Assembly: GCA_963701485.1 (NCBI GenBank) | Contig: CAVPAA010000007.1 | Span: 6,894-70,893 of the forward strand | Reading direction: 5' to 3' | Source of the DNA: an uncultured Actinomycetota bacterium | GTDB lineage: Bacteria > Actinomycetota > Actinomycetes > Propionibacteriales > Nocardioidaceae | Length of the DNA: 64,000 bases | Part shown: piece after piece, positions 28,719 through 38,370 of the stretch | How the letters are laid out: each line of letters begins with the position of its first letter | Numbering within the stretch: the stretch's first letter is position 1 | Made by a program: the position numbers and the translations under genes | The notes under the pieces: model-generated | Told to the model about the DNA's origin: nothing | Database searches by the model: none | Seen by the model: the letters and a program-made list of their open reading frames with translations, nothing else

Positions 28719-29582
28719 GTGCGCGTCCTCTCGATCCAGTCCCACGTCGCCTACGGCCACGTCGGCAACTCCGCTGCCGTCTTCCCGCTCCAGCGCCTCG
28801 GCCACGAGGTGTGGCCCGTCCTGACGGTGAACTTCTCCAACCACACCGGGTACGGCGCCTGGCGCGGGCCGCTCATCGCGGCCGAGGACGTCGCCGCGGT
28901 GATCACCGGGATCGGCGAGCGGGGCGCGTTCGAGACGTGCGACGCGATCCTGTCGGGCTACCAGGGCTCGCCGGAGATCGCCGACGTGATCGCCGACGCG
29001 GTGGCGCAGGTGAAGGCGGCGAACCCCGACGCGACGTACACCTGCGACCCGGTCATGGGCAACGCCACCTCGGGCTGCTTCGTGAACCCGGCGATCCCGC
29101 CGAAGTACCGCTCGACGGTGATCCCGGTCGCCGACGTGCTGACGCCCAACCAGTTCGAGCTCGGCTTCATCACCGACCGTGACGCCCTGAGCGGCCCGTC
29201 GTCGCTCGACGACATCCTCGCCGCCGTGGACGAGGTGCGGGGTCTCGGCCCGTCGACCGTGCTGGTCACGTCGGTCGACCGTGAGGGTGCGGACGACGAC
29301 GTCATCGAGATGCTCGCGGTCACCGCCGACGGCGCCTGGCTCGTCACCACCCCGCGCCTGCCGATGAAGGCCAACGGCTCCGGCGACATCACCGCCGCGC
29401 TGTTCACCGCGCACCTGCACACGACCGGCTCCCCCGCCGACGCCCTCGCCCGGACCGCGTCCTCGGTCTTCGCCGTCCTCAAGGAGACCCTCGACTCGGG
29501 CGAGCGCGAGCTCCGCCTGATCGCCGCCCAGGACGCCATCGCCTCGCCGGCCAACGAGTTCGCGGTGCAGCAGGTCCGCTGA
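28719..29582 (+). CDS. pdxY: pyridoxal/pyridoxamine kinase
   Basis: VLSIQSHVAYGHVGNSAAVFPLQ...SGYQGS...CDPVMG...TPNQFEL...ANGSGD. GTG start. Confidence 0.85.
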   Translation: MRVLSIQSHVAYGHVGNSAAVFPLQRLGHEVWPVLTVNFSNHTGYGAWRGPLIAAEDVAAVITGIGERGAFETCDAILSGYQGSPEIADVIADAVAQVKAANPDATYTCDPVMGNATSGCFVNPAIPPKYRSTVIPVADVLTPNQFELGFITDRDALSGPSSLDDILAAVDEVRGLGPSTVLVTSVDREGADDDVIEMLAVTADGAWLVTTPRLPMKANGSGDITAALFTAHLHTTGSPADALARTASSVFAVLKETLDSGERELRLIAAQDAIASPANEFAVQQVR

Positions 29583-29602
29583 GCGCGCGATCGAGGCCGC
29601 CT

Positions 29603-29627
29603 GCTTCGCCATGGGATGTGGCGAAGC
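29603..29627 (+). terminator. hairpin downstream of pdxY
   Basis: GCTTCGCCA-tgggatg-TGGCGAAGC, a 9-bp stem 21 nt after the stop. No U-tract. Confidence 0.4.
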
Positions 29628-29702
29628 ACGACCCTTCCCCGGGTCAACCGACCTCGGGAAGTGCGCATCCACCGACATCCCACGGTGCAGCAGCAGCGAC
29701 GC

Positions 29703-29778
29703 TGGAGCCGGTGACAGGAATCGAACCCGCGACATCATTATTACAAGTAATGCGCTCTACCAACTGAGCTACACCGGC
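29703..29778 (-). tRNA. tRNA-Thr (anticodon UGU)
   Basis: Minus strand GCCGGTG-TA-GCTC-AGTTGGTA-GAGC-G-CATTA-CTTGTAA-TAATG-ATGTC-GCGGG-TTCGATT-CCTGT-CACCGGC-T-CCA. Clean cloverleaf, 76 nt, CCA encoded. Confidence 0.95.
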
Positions 29779-29818
29779 GTGCGCCCGCGGACGCGGCGGC
29801 CATCCTAGGTGAGGGAGG

Positions 29819-31669
29819 ATGGGGCCCGTGAGCCTCCTCCACGACCCCCACCACGACGGGTCCCCGCTCTACGTCTCCGACGAGGCACCGGAGCTCGGCG
29901 CGACCGTCACCGTGCGGGTCCGCACGAGCGCGGCCGACCCGGTCGAGGCGGTCTGGCTGCGGACGACGTACGACGCCGAGCCGGTCTTCCACCCGACGAC
30001 GTCGACCACCGCCGGCGACGTGGTGTGGTGGGAGGCCGCGCTGCCGGTGCACAACCCGGTCACGCACTACCGCTTCCTCCTCGTGCGCGGGCACGGCGAC
30101 GGGGAGGGCGAGCAGGAGTGGCTGACCGGCGCCGGGCTGGTGGGCCACGACCTGCCGGACGCCGTCGACTTCCGGTTGTCGGCCCACCCGCCGGCACCCG
30201 ACTGGGGTCGCGACGGCGTGGTCTACCAGGTGTTCCCCGACCGCTTCGCCCGGTCGGCCGCGGCCGACGAGCGGGAGGTCCCCGACTGGGCACTGCCGGC
30301 GGAGTGGGACGACGAGGTCGTCTTCGAGGGCAGCGACCCGCGCACGCCGATGCAGCTCTACGGCGGCGACCTCGACGGCATCACCGAGCACCTCGACCAC
30401 GTCGCCGCGGTCGGCGCCGACGTGCTCTACACGACGCCGGTCTTCCCCGGCGAGAGCAACCACCGCTACAACGCGACCACCTTCACCGAGGTCGACGAGC
30501 TGCTGGGCGGCAGCGAGGCGTACGCCCGGCTGAGCGCCGCCGTCCACGAGCGGGGCTGGCGGATCCTGGGCGACCTCACCACCAACCACACGGGCGACAC
30601 CCACGAGTGGTTCCTCAGCGCGGTCGACGACGCACGCGACCCGCACCGCTCCTTCTACTACTTCGCCGACGACGGCACCTACGCCAACTGGATGGGCCAC
30701 GGCACGCTGCCCAAGATCAACCACGCCAACCTCGACGTCCGCCACGCGATGGTCGACGGACCCGACTCCGTGGTCGGGCGCTGGCTCCAACCGCCCTACG
30801 CGGTCGACGGGTGGCGCATCGACGTCGCCAACATGACCGGCCGGCTCGGTGCCATCGACGTGGCCCACGAGGTCGCCCGCACGGTGCGGGCCACGGCGGC
30901 CGCGCTGCACGACGACCCCTGGGTCATCGGCGAGCACAACCACGACGCGAGCGGCGACGTCGACGGCGACGGCTGGCACGGCACGATGAACTACTCCGGC
31001 TTCTCGTGGCCCGTGTGGTCCTGGCTGCGCGACCCCGCGTCGCCGGCACGCCCGTTCGGCCGCCCCCTGCCGGTCCCGCGTCGCGGGGGCGGTGCGGTCG
31101 TCGAGACGTTCCGGGCCTGGCAGGGCGCGCTCGGCTGGCGCGCCACCGCCTCGAGCTGGAACATCCTCGGCTCCCACGACTCCGCCCGCATCCGCACCCT
31201 CGTCGGCGGGGACGCCGCCGTCCACCGCGTCGCCGCGGGCCTGCAGTTCACGATGCCCGGCGTCCCGATGGTCTTCGCCGGGGACGAGATCGGGCTCGAG
31301 GGCGTCAACGGCGAGGACGCCCGCCGCCCGATGCCGTGGCACCGCCGCGAGGAGTGGGACCAGCAGACGCTCACGACGTACGCCGACCTGGCGCGGCTGC
31401 GGCGCGAGCACCCGGCCCTGCGCCGTGGAGGGCTGCGCTGGGCGCACGCCGACGCCGACACCATCGCCTACCTCCGCGAGCACCCCGACCAGACCGTGCT
31501 GGTCGTCGCCCGCCGCGCGGCCGGCGGCGCGTTCACCCTCCCCGTCGGGGCGGGCCGGCACCTCTTCGGGTCCGAGCCGGGTGGGGTCGACCTCGTCCCC
31601 GGGACCGACGGCGTGCAGGTCGCGGCGTCGACCGGGTCCCGACTCGACGTCTGGGAGATCACCGGGTAG
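29819..31669 (+). CDS. glycoside hydrolase family 13 (maltodextrin glucosidase/alpha-amylase-like)
   Basis: VVYQVFPDRF, GGDLDGI..HLDH, NHRYN, GWRILGDLTTNHTG, GWRIDVAN, IGEHNHD, LGSHD. Possible alternative start GTG 29828. Confidence 0.85.
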   Translation: MGPVSLLHDPHHDGSPLYVSDEAPELGATVTVRVRTSAADPVEAVWLRTTYDAEPVFHPTTSTTAGDVVWWEAALPVHNPVTHYRFLLVRGHGDGEGEQEWLTGAGLVGHDLPDAVDFRLSAHPPAPDWGRDGVVYQVFPDRFARSAAADEREVPDWALPAEWDDEVVFEGSDPRTPMQLYGGDLDGITEHLDHVAAVGADVLYTTPVFPGESNHRYNATTFTEVDELLGGSEAYARLSAAVHERGWRILGDLTTNHTGDTHEWFLSAVDDARDPHRSFYYFADDGTYANWMGHGTLPKINHANLDVRHAMVDGPDSVVGRWLQPPYAVDGWRIDVANMTGRLGAIDVAHEVARTVRATAAALHDDPWVIGEHNHDASGDVDGDGWHGTMNYSGFSWPVWSWLRDPASPARPFGRPLPVPRRGGGAVVETFRAWQGALGWRATASSWNILGSHDSARIRTLVGGDAAVHRVAAGLQFTMPGVPMVFAGDEIGLEGVNGEDARRPMPWHRREEWDQQTLTTYADLARLRREHPALRRGGLRWAHADADTIAYLREHPDQTVLVVARRAAGGAFTLPVGAGRHLFGSEPGGVDLVPGTDGVQVAASTGSRLDVWEITG

Positions 31670-31720
31670 CCGGCCCGCGCGCCTCGCCCTCGCACCTCGT
31701 GCGCGGCTAGGGTCGCGACC

Positions 31721-32929
31721 ATGGCCATGCGGATCGTCGCCAGCCGGCCGGACCCGGCCATCCTGCGCCTGCCCTGGCACCTGCCCCTCGAGGAGTGGTC
31801 GGACGACGTCGTCGTACCGCTCCCACGCGGCCTCTCACGCCACGTGGTGCGCATCGTGCGGCTCGGCACCAGCGTCTACGCCGTCAAGGAGACCAACGAC
31901 GACATCGCGTTCCGGGAGTACCGGATGCTGCGCGACCTCCAGCGCATGGGGATGCCGTCGGTCGTCCCGCAGGGCGTCGTCACCGGCCGCGAGAGTCGCG
32001 ACGGCGAGGACCTGCCCGCGGCGCTGATCACCCACCACCTCCGGTTCTCCCTGCCCTACCGCAGCCTCTTCAGCCGCGGGATGGACGCCGAGCACGTGCC
32101 CACGCTGATCGACGCGATCGTCGTGCTGCTGGTCCGGCTCCACCTCGCCGGCTTCTACTGGGGCGACGTCTCGCTGTCCAACGTGCTCTTCCGTCGCGAC
32201 GCCGGTGCGCTGGCCGCCTACCTCGTGGACGCCGAGACCGGCGAGCTGCACGAGCACGTGGGCGACCGGCTCCGGGAGTACGACATCACCGTGGGCTGCG
32301 AGAACATCTTCGCCGAGCTGATGGACCTCAGCGCGAGCGGCGCGGTCCAGCGCCCGATCGACGGCTTCGCGATCATCGAGCACCTGCGCTCGCGCTACGA
32401 GGCGCTGTGGCGCGAGCTGACCGACCTCGAGGAGTTCAGCGCCGAGGAGATGTGGCGCATCGAGCGCCGCGTCGAGCGGCTCAACGACCTCGGCTTCGAC
32501 GTCGACGAGCTCGACATCGTCACCGACCTGGGCGGCGACACGATCCGCATCCAGCCCAAGGTCGTCGACCTGGGCCACCACACCCGCGAGCTGCGTGACC
32601 TCACCGGCATGACCGTCGAGGACAACCAGGCCCGCCGCATCCTCAACGACCTGGCGTCGTTCGCCGCGCACTACGACCTCGGCCGTGAGGACCGCCACGT
32701 GGTGGCGAGCCGCTGGATGCACGAGATCTTCGAGCCGATCATGGCGATGATCCCGCCCGACGCCACCGGCAAGCTCGAGCCGGCCGAGATCTTCCACGAG
32801 ATCCTCGAGCACCGCTGGTACCTCTCGGAGCAGGCCGGCTACGAGGTCAACATCCACGCGACCGCACGCGACTACATCGACCGCTTCCTCACGACCAGGC
32901 CCGACGAGGCGATCACGGGCCAGGAGTGA
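31721..32929 (+). CDS. DUF4032-like protein with N-terminal RIO/Kdo-kinase-like region
   Basis: 402 aa. ...YAVKETNDDIAFREYRMLRDLQRMGMP...GFYWGDVSLSNVLFRRDAG...AYLVDAETGE... then a conserved acidic/helical C-domain. Family call is from memory. Confidence 0.65.
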   Translation: MAMRIVASRPDPAILRLPWHLPLEEWSDDVVVPLPRGLSRHVVRIVRLGTSVYAVKETNDDIAFREYRMLRDLQRMGMPSVVPQGVVTGRESRDGEDLPAALITHHLRFSLPYRSLFSRGMDAEHVPTLIDAIVVLLVRLHLAGFYWGDVSLSNVLFRRDAGALAAYLVDAETGELHEHVGDRLREYDITVGCENIFAELMDLSASGAVQRPIDGFAIIEHLRSRYEALWRELTDLEEFSAEEMWRIERRVERLNDLGFDVDELDIVTDLGGDTIRIQPKVVDLGHHTRELRDLTGMTVEDNQARRILNDLASFAAHYDLGREDRHVVASRWMHEIFEPIMAMIPPDATGKLEPAEIFHEILEHRWYLSEQAGYEVNIHATARDYIDRFLTTRPDEAITGQE

Positions 32930-34433
32930 TGGGCTCCCAGTCGCCGACCTGCCACGTGCCGTTGGTGCGCAACCGCACCCACTGCAGGCCGGTCGGTCGC
33001 CCGTCGGCGTAGGTGATGAGGCTGACCTCGGCGTCGCGGCGCGGCTTGCTGCCGAGCGCGAAGGCGTACGCCGCCCCGCCGGTCGTGCCGTTGGTCCAGG
33101 TGTAGCCGGTCACGCCGTCCTCCGCCTCGACGGCGTCCGGACCGTTCTGGACGTGGGTGTGCCCGCCGACCACGAGGTCCACGCATCCCCGGTCGAGCGC
33201 CTCGCGGCCGAGGTTGGCGTCGTGGACCAGCATGGTGCTGATCCGCTCGCCGTCCTCCGCGGCGGCGCAGGCTCCGTCCGCGAGCCGGTCCCCCACCTCG
33301 GTGAAGCTCAGCCCGGACTCGTCGCGCCAGCTGCCGAGACCGCTGCTGCGTGGGTCGTCGACGCCGAGCAGGGTGCCGCCCCACGGGGTGTCGACCACCT
33401 CGCCGTCGAGCATGGTCCACCCGAGGTCGGCGAGGTAGGTGCTGACGAACGTGCCGTGGTCGTGGTTGCCCGCGACCCCGAAGCGGTCCCAGTCGTCGAA
33501 GGCGGCCTGGAGGGAGTCGAGGCTGAAGGCCTCCCACGGCTGGCCGGTGGAGGTGTCGTCGCCCGCGTCGAGCACGACGCTCGCCCCGCCGGCCTCGCCG
33601 ATGGCACGGGCCACGCGGTCCATGCCGATGTTGTCGTGCCGGTCGCTGAGCAGCAGGGCGACGGTCTCCTCGTCCTCGGGGGTGCGCAGGCCCAGCTCGG
33701 GGAGGTCGGCGGCCGTCTCGGCCGCCGTGGAGTAGAACTCCTTGCTCTTGTCGTAGGTGTCCACCGCGCTCAGCACCAGCCGCTTGCTCTGGGTGGTGAC
33801 CGGGCCCGTGCGCACCTCGATGTCGCGCACCTCGGGCGGCAGCTCCACGTCGGGGCCGGCCAGGTCCGCGAGCGTCTGCCAGCTGCCCTGGTCGTCCTGC
33901 GTCGCCTCGTCGCTCTCCCACGGCTGCCACACCAGCAGCGGCAGCGCCAGCAGCAGGACCAGCGCGAGCAGGCCATGACGCGTCCCGAGCCCCCTGAACA
34001 GCTCACCGCGCCGGTGACGTCCCAGGAGCAGGAAGACCGCGACCGGCAGCAACCCGACCCCCAGCCCGCGCAGGGCGGCCGACAGGGCCATGTCGAGGAC
34101 GACGCCCTCGACCTTCTCGATGGGCGCGGACGGGTCGCTGGCGATCAGCGCGTAGCGCTGCACGAGCTCCTCGATGGACCCGACCTCGGTCTTGCCGAGC
34201 GTCAGGGTCACGCCGAGCGGGCCGACGTCGCGGAACCGCAGGTCGGGCAGCAGCGGCCCGGTCTCGACCACGGCGTCGCGCGCCAGCGTGGGGCGTACGA
34301 CGGTGTCGTGGCCGACCAGCACCACGGTCCGGCTGCTGTTGAGGAACAGCGACACCGCCACGGCGAGCCCGAGAGCCACGCTGCCGACGAGCAGCACGGC
34401 GCCGACGAGCAGCCGCCGTGGGTTGGGCCCCAT
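32913..34433 (-). CDS. membrane-anchored metallophosphoesterase
   Basis: N-terminal TMs. Motifs SDRHDN, DAGDDT, GNHD, GGHTH, characteristic of calcineurin-like phosphoesterases. Confidence 0.8.
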   Translation of the reverse strand: MGPNPRRLLVGAVLLVGSVALGLAVAVSLFLNSSRTVVLVGHDTVVRPTLARDAVVETGPLLPDLRFRDVGPLGVTLTLGKTEVGSIEELVQRYALIASDPSAPIEKVEGVVLDMALSAALRGLGVGLLPVAVFLLLGRHRRGELFRGLGTRHGLLALVLLLALPLLVWQPWESDEATQDDQGSWQTLADLAGPDVELPPEVRDIEVRTGPVTTQSKRLVLSAVDTYDKSKEFYSTAAETAADLPELGLRTPEDEETVALLLSDRHDNIGMDRVARAIGEAGGASVVLDAGDDTSTGQPWEAFSLDSLQAAFDDWDRFGVAGNHDHGTFVSTYLADLGWTMLDGEVVDTPWGGTLLGVDDPRSSGLGSWRDESGLSFTEVGDRLADGACAAAEDGERISTMLVHDANLGREALDRGCVDLVVGGHTHVQNGPDAVEAEDGVTGYTWTNGTTGGAAYAFALGSKPRRDAEVSLITYADGRPTGLQWVRLRTNGTWQVGDWEPITPGP

Positions 34434-34435
34434 GG

Positions 34436-35392
34436 TTACGAGCGGACCTGCGAGATCGCGTAGAGGGCGACCGATGCGGCCACGCCGGCGTTGAGCGACT
34501 CGAGCTGACCGGCCATCGGGATCGAGACGATCTGGTCGCAGGTCTCGGCGACGAGCCGACCGAGGCCCTTGCCCTCGGACCCGACGACGACCACCAGCGG
34601 ACCCTCCGCCAGACCACCGGGGGCGACCAGCTCGGGCAGCGAGATGTCACCGTCGGCCGCGAGACCGACGACCATGCAGCCGGCGTCCTGGTAGGCCTTG
34701 AGCTGGCGGGTGAGGTTGACCGTCTGGGCGATCGGCAGCCGGGCGGCGGCACCCGCGCTGGTCTTCCAGGCCGAGGCCGTCATGCCGGCGGCGCGGCGCT
34801 CGGGGATCAGTACGCCGTGGGCACCGAAGCCAGCGGCGGAGCGGACGACGGCTCCGAGGTTGCGCGGGTCGGTGACCGAGTCGAGGGCGACGACCAGCAC
34901 CGGCTCCTTCGCCTCGGCTGCCCGCTCGAGCAGGTCGTCGGCGTGGGCGTACTCGTAGGCCGGCAGCCGTGCGGCGAGGCCCTGGTGGACGGCCCCGCCG
35001 GTCATCCGGTCCATCTCGTTGCGGGTGACCTCGAGCAGGGTCAGCCCCTGCTCGGCGGCGAGCTTGAACGCCTCGCGCATCCGGCCGTCGCGCTCGGTGC
35101 CCTCGGCGACGTAGACCCCGGTGACCGGCACGCCGGCCTGCAGCAGCTCGACGACGGAGTTGCGACCGGCGGCCCACTCGGCCTCGGCGGTCGTACGCCG
35201 CTTGGGCCGCGTGGACTTGTCGCGCTCGCTGCGCTTCGCCGCCTTGTGCGCCTGGTGGTAGGGCCGGTCCTTGGCCTTGGGCGTCGGACCCCTGCCCTCG
35301 AGGCCCCGGCGGACACGTCCGCCCGAGCCGGCGGTCGGGTTGCCCTTGCCCGTCTTCTTGATCGCGCCCTTGCGCTGCGAGTTACCGGCCAT
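34436..35392 (-). CDS. rlmB: 23S rRNA (guanosine-2'-O-)-methyltransferase RlmB (SpoU/TrmH family)
   Basis: Basic N-tail, SpoU substrate-binding domain, DSVTDPRNLGAVVRSA, VVVVGSEGKGL, ESLNAGVAASVALY. Lies downstream of cysS, as in mycobacteria. Confidence 0.85.
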   Translation of the reverse strand: MAGNSQRKGAIKKTGKGNPTAGSGGRVRRGLEGRGPTPKAKDRPYHQAHKAAKRSERDKSTRPKRRTTAEAEWAAGRNSVVELLQAGVPVTGVYVAEGTERDGRMREAFKLAAEQGLTLLEVTRNEMDRMTGGAVHQGLAARLPAYEYAHADDLLERAAEAKEPVLVVALDSVTDPRNLGAVVRSAAGFGAHGVLIPERRAAGMTASAWKTSAGAAARLPIAQTVNLTRQLKAYQDAGCMVVGLAADGDISLPELVAPGGLAEGPLVVVVGSEGKGLGRLVAETCDQIVSIPMAGQLESLNAGVAASVALYAISQVRS

Positions 35393-35397
35393 TGCTC

Positions 35398-36813
35398 CTA
35401 CACGCTCCCCATGACAATCGTCCACCGTGGGCCGGTCGAGGTGTCCTCGATCTCCAAGCCGGCCGCCTTGATCCGGTCACGGATGGCGTCGGCGCGGGCC
35501 CAGTCCTTGGCCTCGCGCGCCGCCGTCCTCTCCTCGAGCAGTCCCTTCACCAGCGCGTCGACGACCTCGGTGAGCCGGTCGTCGGAGCGTCCGGTCGCCC
35601 ACGCGGCGTCGGCGGGGTTGAGCCCCAGCACGTCGAGCATCGCGACCACCTCGCCGAACTTCTGGCTGAGCTCGTCGGACGGCCCGTCCGCCAGCAGCCG
35701 GTTGCCCTCGCGGACCGAGTCGTGGATGACGGCCACCGCGGCGGGCGTGCCGAGGTCATCGTCCATCGCCTCGCGGAAGGCGTCGGGCATCGAGGCGAAC
35801 CACGAGCCGACGACGGGAGCGGCGCGGTCGAGGAAGTCCTCGAGGCGCCGGAACGCCTTGGCCGACTCCTCGAGCGCCTCGAAGCTGAACTCGACGTGCG
35901 AGCGGTAGTGGGCCGCGACGATGTAGTAGCGCAGCTCGATGCCGCGCACGCGCTCGAGCACCGACGGGATGAGCATCGAGTTGCCCAGCGACTTGCTCAT
36001 CTTCTCGCCGGCGGTGGTGATCCAGGCGTTGTGCAGCCAGTACGACGCGAACGGGCGGCCGGCGGCCCGCGACTGGGCCTGCTCGTTCTCGTGGTGGGGG
36101 AAGCGCAGGTCGACGCCGCCGCCGTGGATGTCGAACGCCGGTCCGAGGTACTTGCCGGCCATCGCCGAGCACTCGATGTGCCAGCCGGGGCGGCCGGGGC
36201 CCCACGGGGAGGGCCAGGAGGCGGTCTGCGGCTCGGACTCCTTCTTCCACCCCTTCCAGAGGGCGAAGTCACGAGGGTCGCGCTTGCCCCGCGGGTCGGC
36301 GTCGCCGGCGGGCTCCATGTCGTCCACGCGCTGGCGGGTCAGCTCGCCGTACGACGCCCAGCTGCGCACGTCGAAGTAGACGTCGCCGCTGCCGTCCTCG
36401 GCGGCGTAGGCGTGGCCGCGGGCGATCAGCTGCTCGATGAGCTCGACGATCTCCGGGACGTGGCCGGTGGCGCCCGGCTCGTAGGTGGGCGGCAGCACGT
36501 TGATCGCGGCGAGCGCGGCGTCGAGCTCGCGCTTCATCGCCGAGGCGAGGGCGTACCAGTGCACGCCCTGCTCGGCGGCCTTCGTCAGGATCTTGTCGTC
36601 GATGTCGGTGACGTTGCGGATGAAGTCGACCTCGTGGCCGGTGACGGCCAGCCAGCGGCGGAGCACGTCGAAGTTGACCGCGGAGCGCACGTGCCCGACG
36701 TGGGGCTCCGACTGCACCGTCAGTCCGCACACGTAGATGCCGGCCCGGCCCGGGGTGAGCGGGACGAAGTCGCGGGTCTCGCGCGTCGCGGTGTCGTGGA
36801 GCCTCAGGGTCAC
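35398..36813 (-). CDS. cysS: cysteine--tRNA ligase
   Basis: 471 aa. HVGH (HIGH-type), [22 protein letters not shown]. The length and C-terminal anticodon-binding region fit CysS rather than MshC. Confidence 0.95.
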   Translation of the reverse strand: MTLRLHDTATRETRDFVPLTPGRAGIYVCGLTVQSEPHVGHVRSAVNFDVLRRWLAVTGHEVDFIRNVTDIDDKILTKAAEQGVHWYALASAMKRELDAALAAINVLPPTYEPGATGHVPEIVELIEQLIARGHAYAAEDGSGDVYFDVRSWASYGELTRQRVDDMEPAGDADPRGKRDPRDFALWKGWKKESEPQTASWPSPWGPGRPGWHIECSAMAGKYLGPAFDIHGGGVDLRFPHHENEQAQSRAAGRPFASYWLHNAWITTAGEKMSKSLGNSMLIPSVLERVRGIELRYYIVAAHYRSHVEFSFEALEESAKAFRRLEDFLDRAAPVVGSWFASMPDAFREAMDDDLGTPAAVAVIHDSVREGNRLLADGPSDELSQKFGEVVAMLDVLGLNPADAAWATGRSDDRLTEVVDALVKGLLEERTAAREAKDWARADAIRDRIKAAGLEIEDTSTGPRWTIVMGSV

Positions 36814-36923
36814 CGGGCAAGTCTAGGGCGAGCGGTCCGATCCTCCGGCTTCGGCGAGCGGCGCCGTCGGCCGGGCGCTGTGACTCCTGAGACGTGTGGG
36901 ACTTTCCGGGTTATCGTCGACCG

Positions 36924-38138
36924 GTGCTCCGACGTCTCGCGGTCCTCGCCCTTCCCCTGCTGCTGGCCACCTCCCTCGCCCCCTCCCTCGTCCCCCTGGC
37001 GGGCGCCGCCGAGCAGCCCGCGGCCCGGAAGCGCGCGACGCCGCAGGTCGCCCTCACGTCGTGGAGCAGCTACGCCGACTTCAAGGCCGGCCAGCGCACG
37101 GGCCTCAAGCTGGGCCGCGGCCAGGTCTCCCTCCTGAAGGCCAGGCCCCGCACGGTCGCGGGCAAGTCCTACGAGGCCGGCACCTGGACGTCGCCGTGGG
37201 CCACGCCCGGCTTCGGCGCCACCGCGATCATCCCGTCGTGGGAGGCCACCACCCCCGGCCGCACCCTGGTGCGCGTCGAGCTGCGCGCGCAGGACGCCAC
37301 CGGCCGCACCGGCACCTGGGACACGGTCGCCGACTGGGCGCGCACCAACCGCCCGGTGCCCCGGACGACGTACTCCGGCCAGTCCGACGACCTCGGCCGC
37401 GTCAGCGCCGACACCTGGTTCGCGACCTCGGCCGTGACGGCGTACCAGGTGCGGGTCACCCTGATGCGGCCCAAGGGGTCGAGCAAGGCCGTCAGCCTCG
37501 AACGGGTCGGAGCCGTCGCCTCCGCCGACGCCTCGGCGCCGCGTGCCACCTCGGTGCCCGGGCCCGCGGCGGGCACGGTCCTGCCCGTGCCGACGTACTC
37601 CCAGATGGTCCACAGCGGCCACTACCCCGCCTGGGGCGGCGGCGGCGAGGCGTGGTGCTCCCCCACGTCGCTGGCGATGGTGCTGGCGTACCACGGCATC
37701 GCCCCGGCACCCACCGGCATCACGACCGGTCACGCCGACGCCGTCGTCGACCACACCGCCAAGATGGTCTACGACAACGGCTACCGCGGCACCGGCAACT
37801 GGGCCTTCAACACCGCCTACGCCGCCACGCTCGCCGCCGGCGACTCCTACGTCACCCGGATGCGTGACCTCCGCGAGGTCGAGGACTACATCGTCGCCGG
37901 CGTGCCGCTCATCGTCTCGATCGCCTTCGGGCGCAACCAGCTCACCGGCGCACCGATCTCCGCCAGCAACGGCCACCTGCTGGTCGTCGTCGGCTTCGAG
38001 GCCGACGGCGACGTCGTCGTCAACGACCCCGCCGGCGCGACGAACGCCGACGTGCGCCGCGTCTACGACCGCGCCCAGTTCGAGCGGATCTGGATCGCCG
38101 CCTCCGGCGGGACGGCGTACGTCGTCCGCAACAGCTGA
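36924..38138 (+). CDS. secreted peptidase C39-like domain protein
   Basis: Signal VLRRLAVLALPLLLATSLAPSLVPLAGAA. The C-terminal domain has ...GGEAWCSPTSLAMVLAY...NGHLLVVVGF...VNDP (Cys/His papain-like C39-like pattern). Start moved from 36894 because the first 10 codons have poor GC3. Confidence 0.65.
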   Translation: MLRRLAVLALPLLLATSLAPSLVPLAGAAEQPAARKRATPQVALTSWSSYADFKAGQRTGLKLGRGQVSLLKARPRTVAGKSYEAGTWTSPWATPGFGATAIIPSWEATTPGRTLVRVELRAQDATGRTGTWDTVADWARTNRPVPRTTYSGQSDDLGRVSADTWFATSAVTAYQVRVTLMRPKGSSKAVSLERVGAVASADASAPRATSVPGPAAGTVLPVPTYSQMVHSGHYPAWGGGGEAWCSPTSLAMVLAYHGIAPAPTGITTGHADAVVDHTAKMVYDNGYRGTGNWAFNTAYAATLAAGDSYVTRMRDLREVEDYIVAGVPLIVSIAFGRNQLTGAPISASNGHLLVVVGFEADGDVVVNDPAGATNADVRRVYDRAQFERIWIAASGGTAYVVRNS

Positions 38139-38357
38139 CGCCGCGACCCCGTCGAGTCGGCCGATCCTGACGCCCCGACCCCGTCGAGTCGGCGCATCCT
38201 GACGGCGCTGTGTCAGGACCCGCCGCCTGACCCCTCAGCGTCAGGACGCGCCCACTCGACCCCTGCCAGCGGTCAGGACGCGCCCACTCGACCCCTGCCA
38301 GCGGTCAGGACGCGCCCACTCGACCCCTGCCAGGCGTCAGGACGCGCCCACTCGACC
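38139..38357. repeat. 32-nt tandem repeat array with inverted arms
   Basis: Right arm: GTCAGGACGCGCCCACTCGACCCCTGCCAGCG at 38240-38271, 38272-38303 and 38304-38335 (last 2 nt swapped), plus a partial copy at 38336-38357. Left arm: two diverged reverse-complement units at 38139-38170 and 38171-38202. The units abut with no spacers. Confidence 0.85.
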
Positions 38358-38370
38358 TCGGTCGGGGTCG

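Noticed and set aside
29583-29818. tRNA-Thr as an integration site for a genomic island
   Set aside because: There is no integrase or excisionase, no duplicated tRNA 3' segment and no compositional shift on either side. The flanking genes (pdxY, GH13) look native.
35398-36813. MshC (mycothiol ligase, a CysS paralogue) rather than CysS
   Set aside because: The length (471 aa), the full C-terminal anticodon-binding extension and the conserved ispF-cysS-rlmB context all argue for genuine cysteinyl-tRNA synthetase.
38139-38357. Possible CRISPR array (regular 32-nt repeats)
   Set aside because: The units abut directly with no spacers. One arm is inverted relative to the other. No cas genes or leader are in the window. 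It is a tandem/inverted repeat, not a CRISPR.
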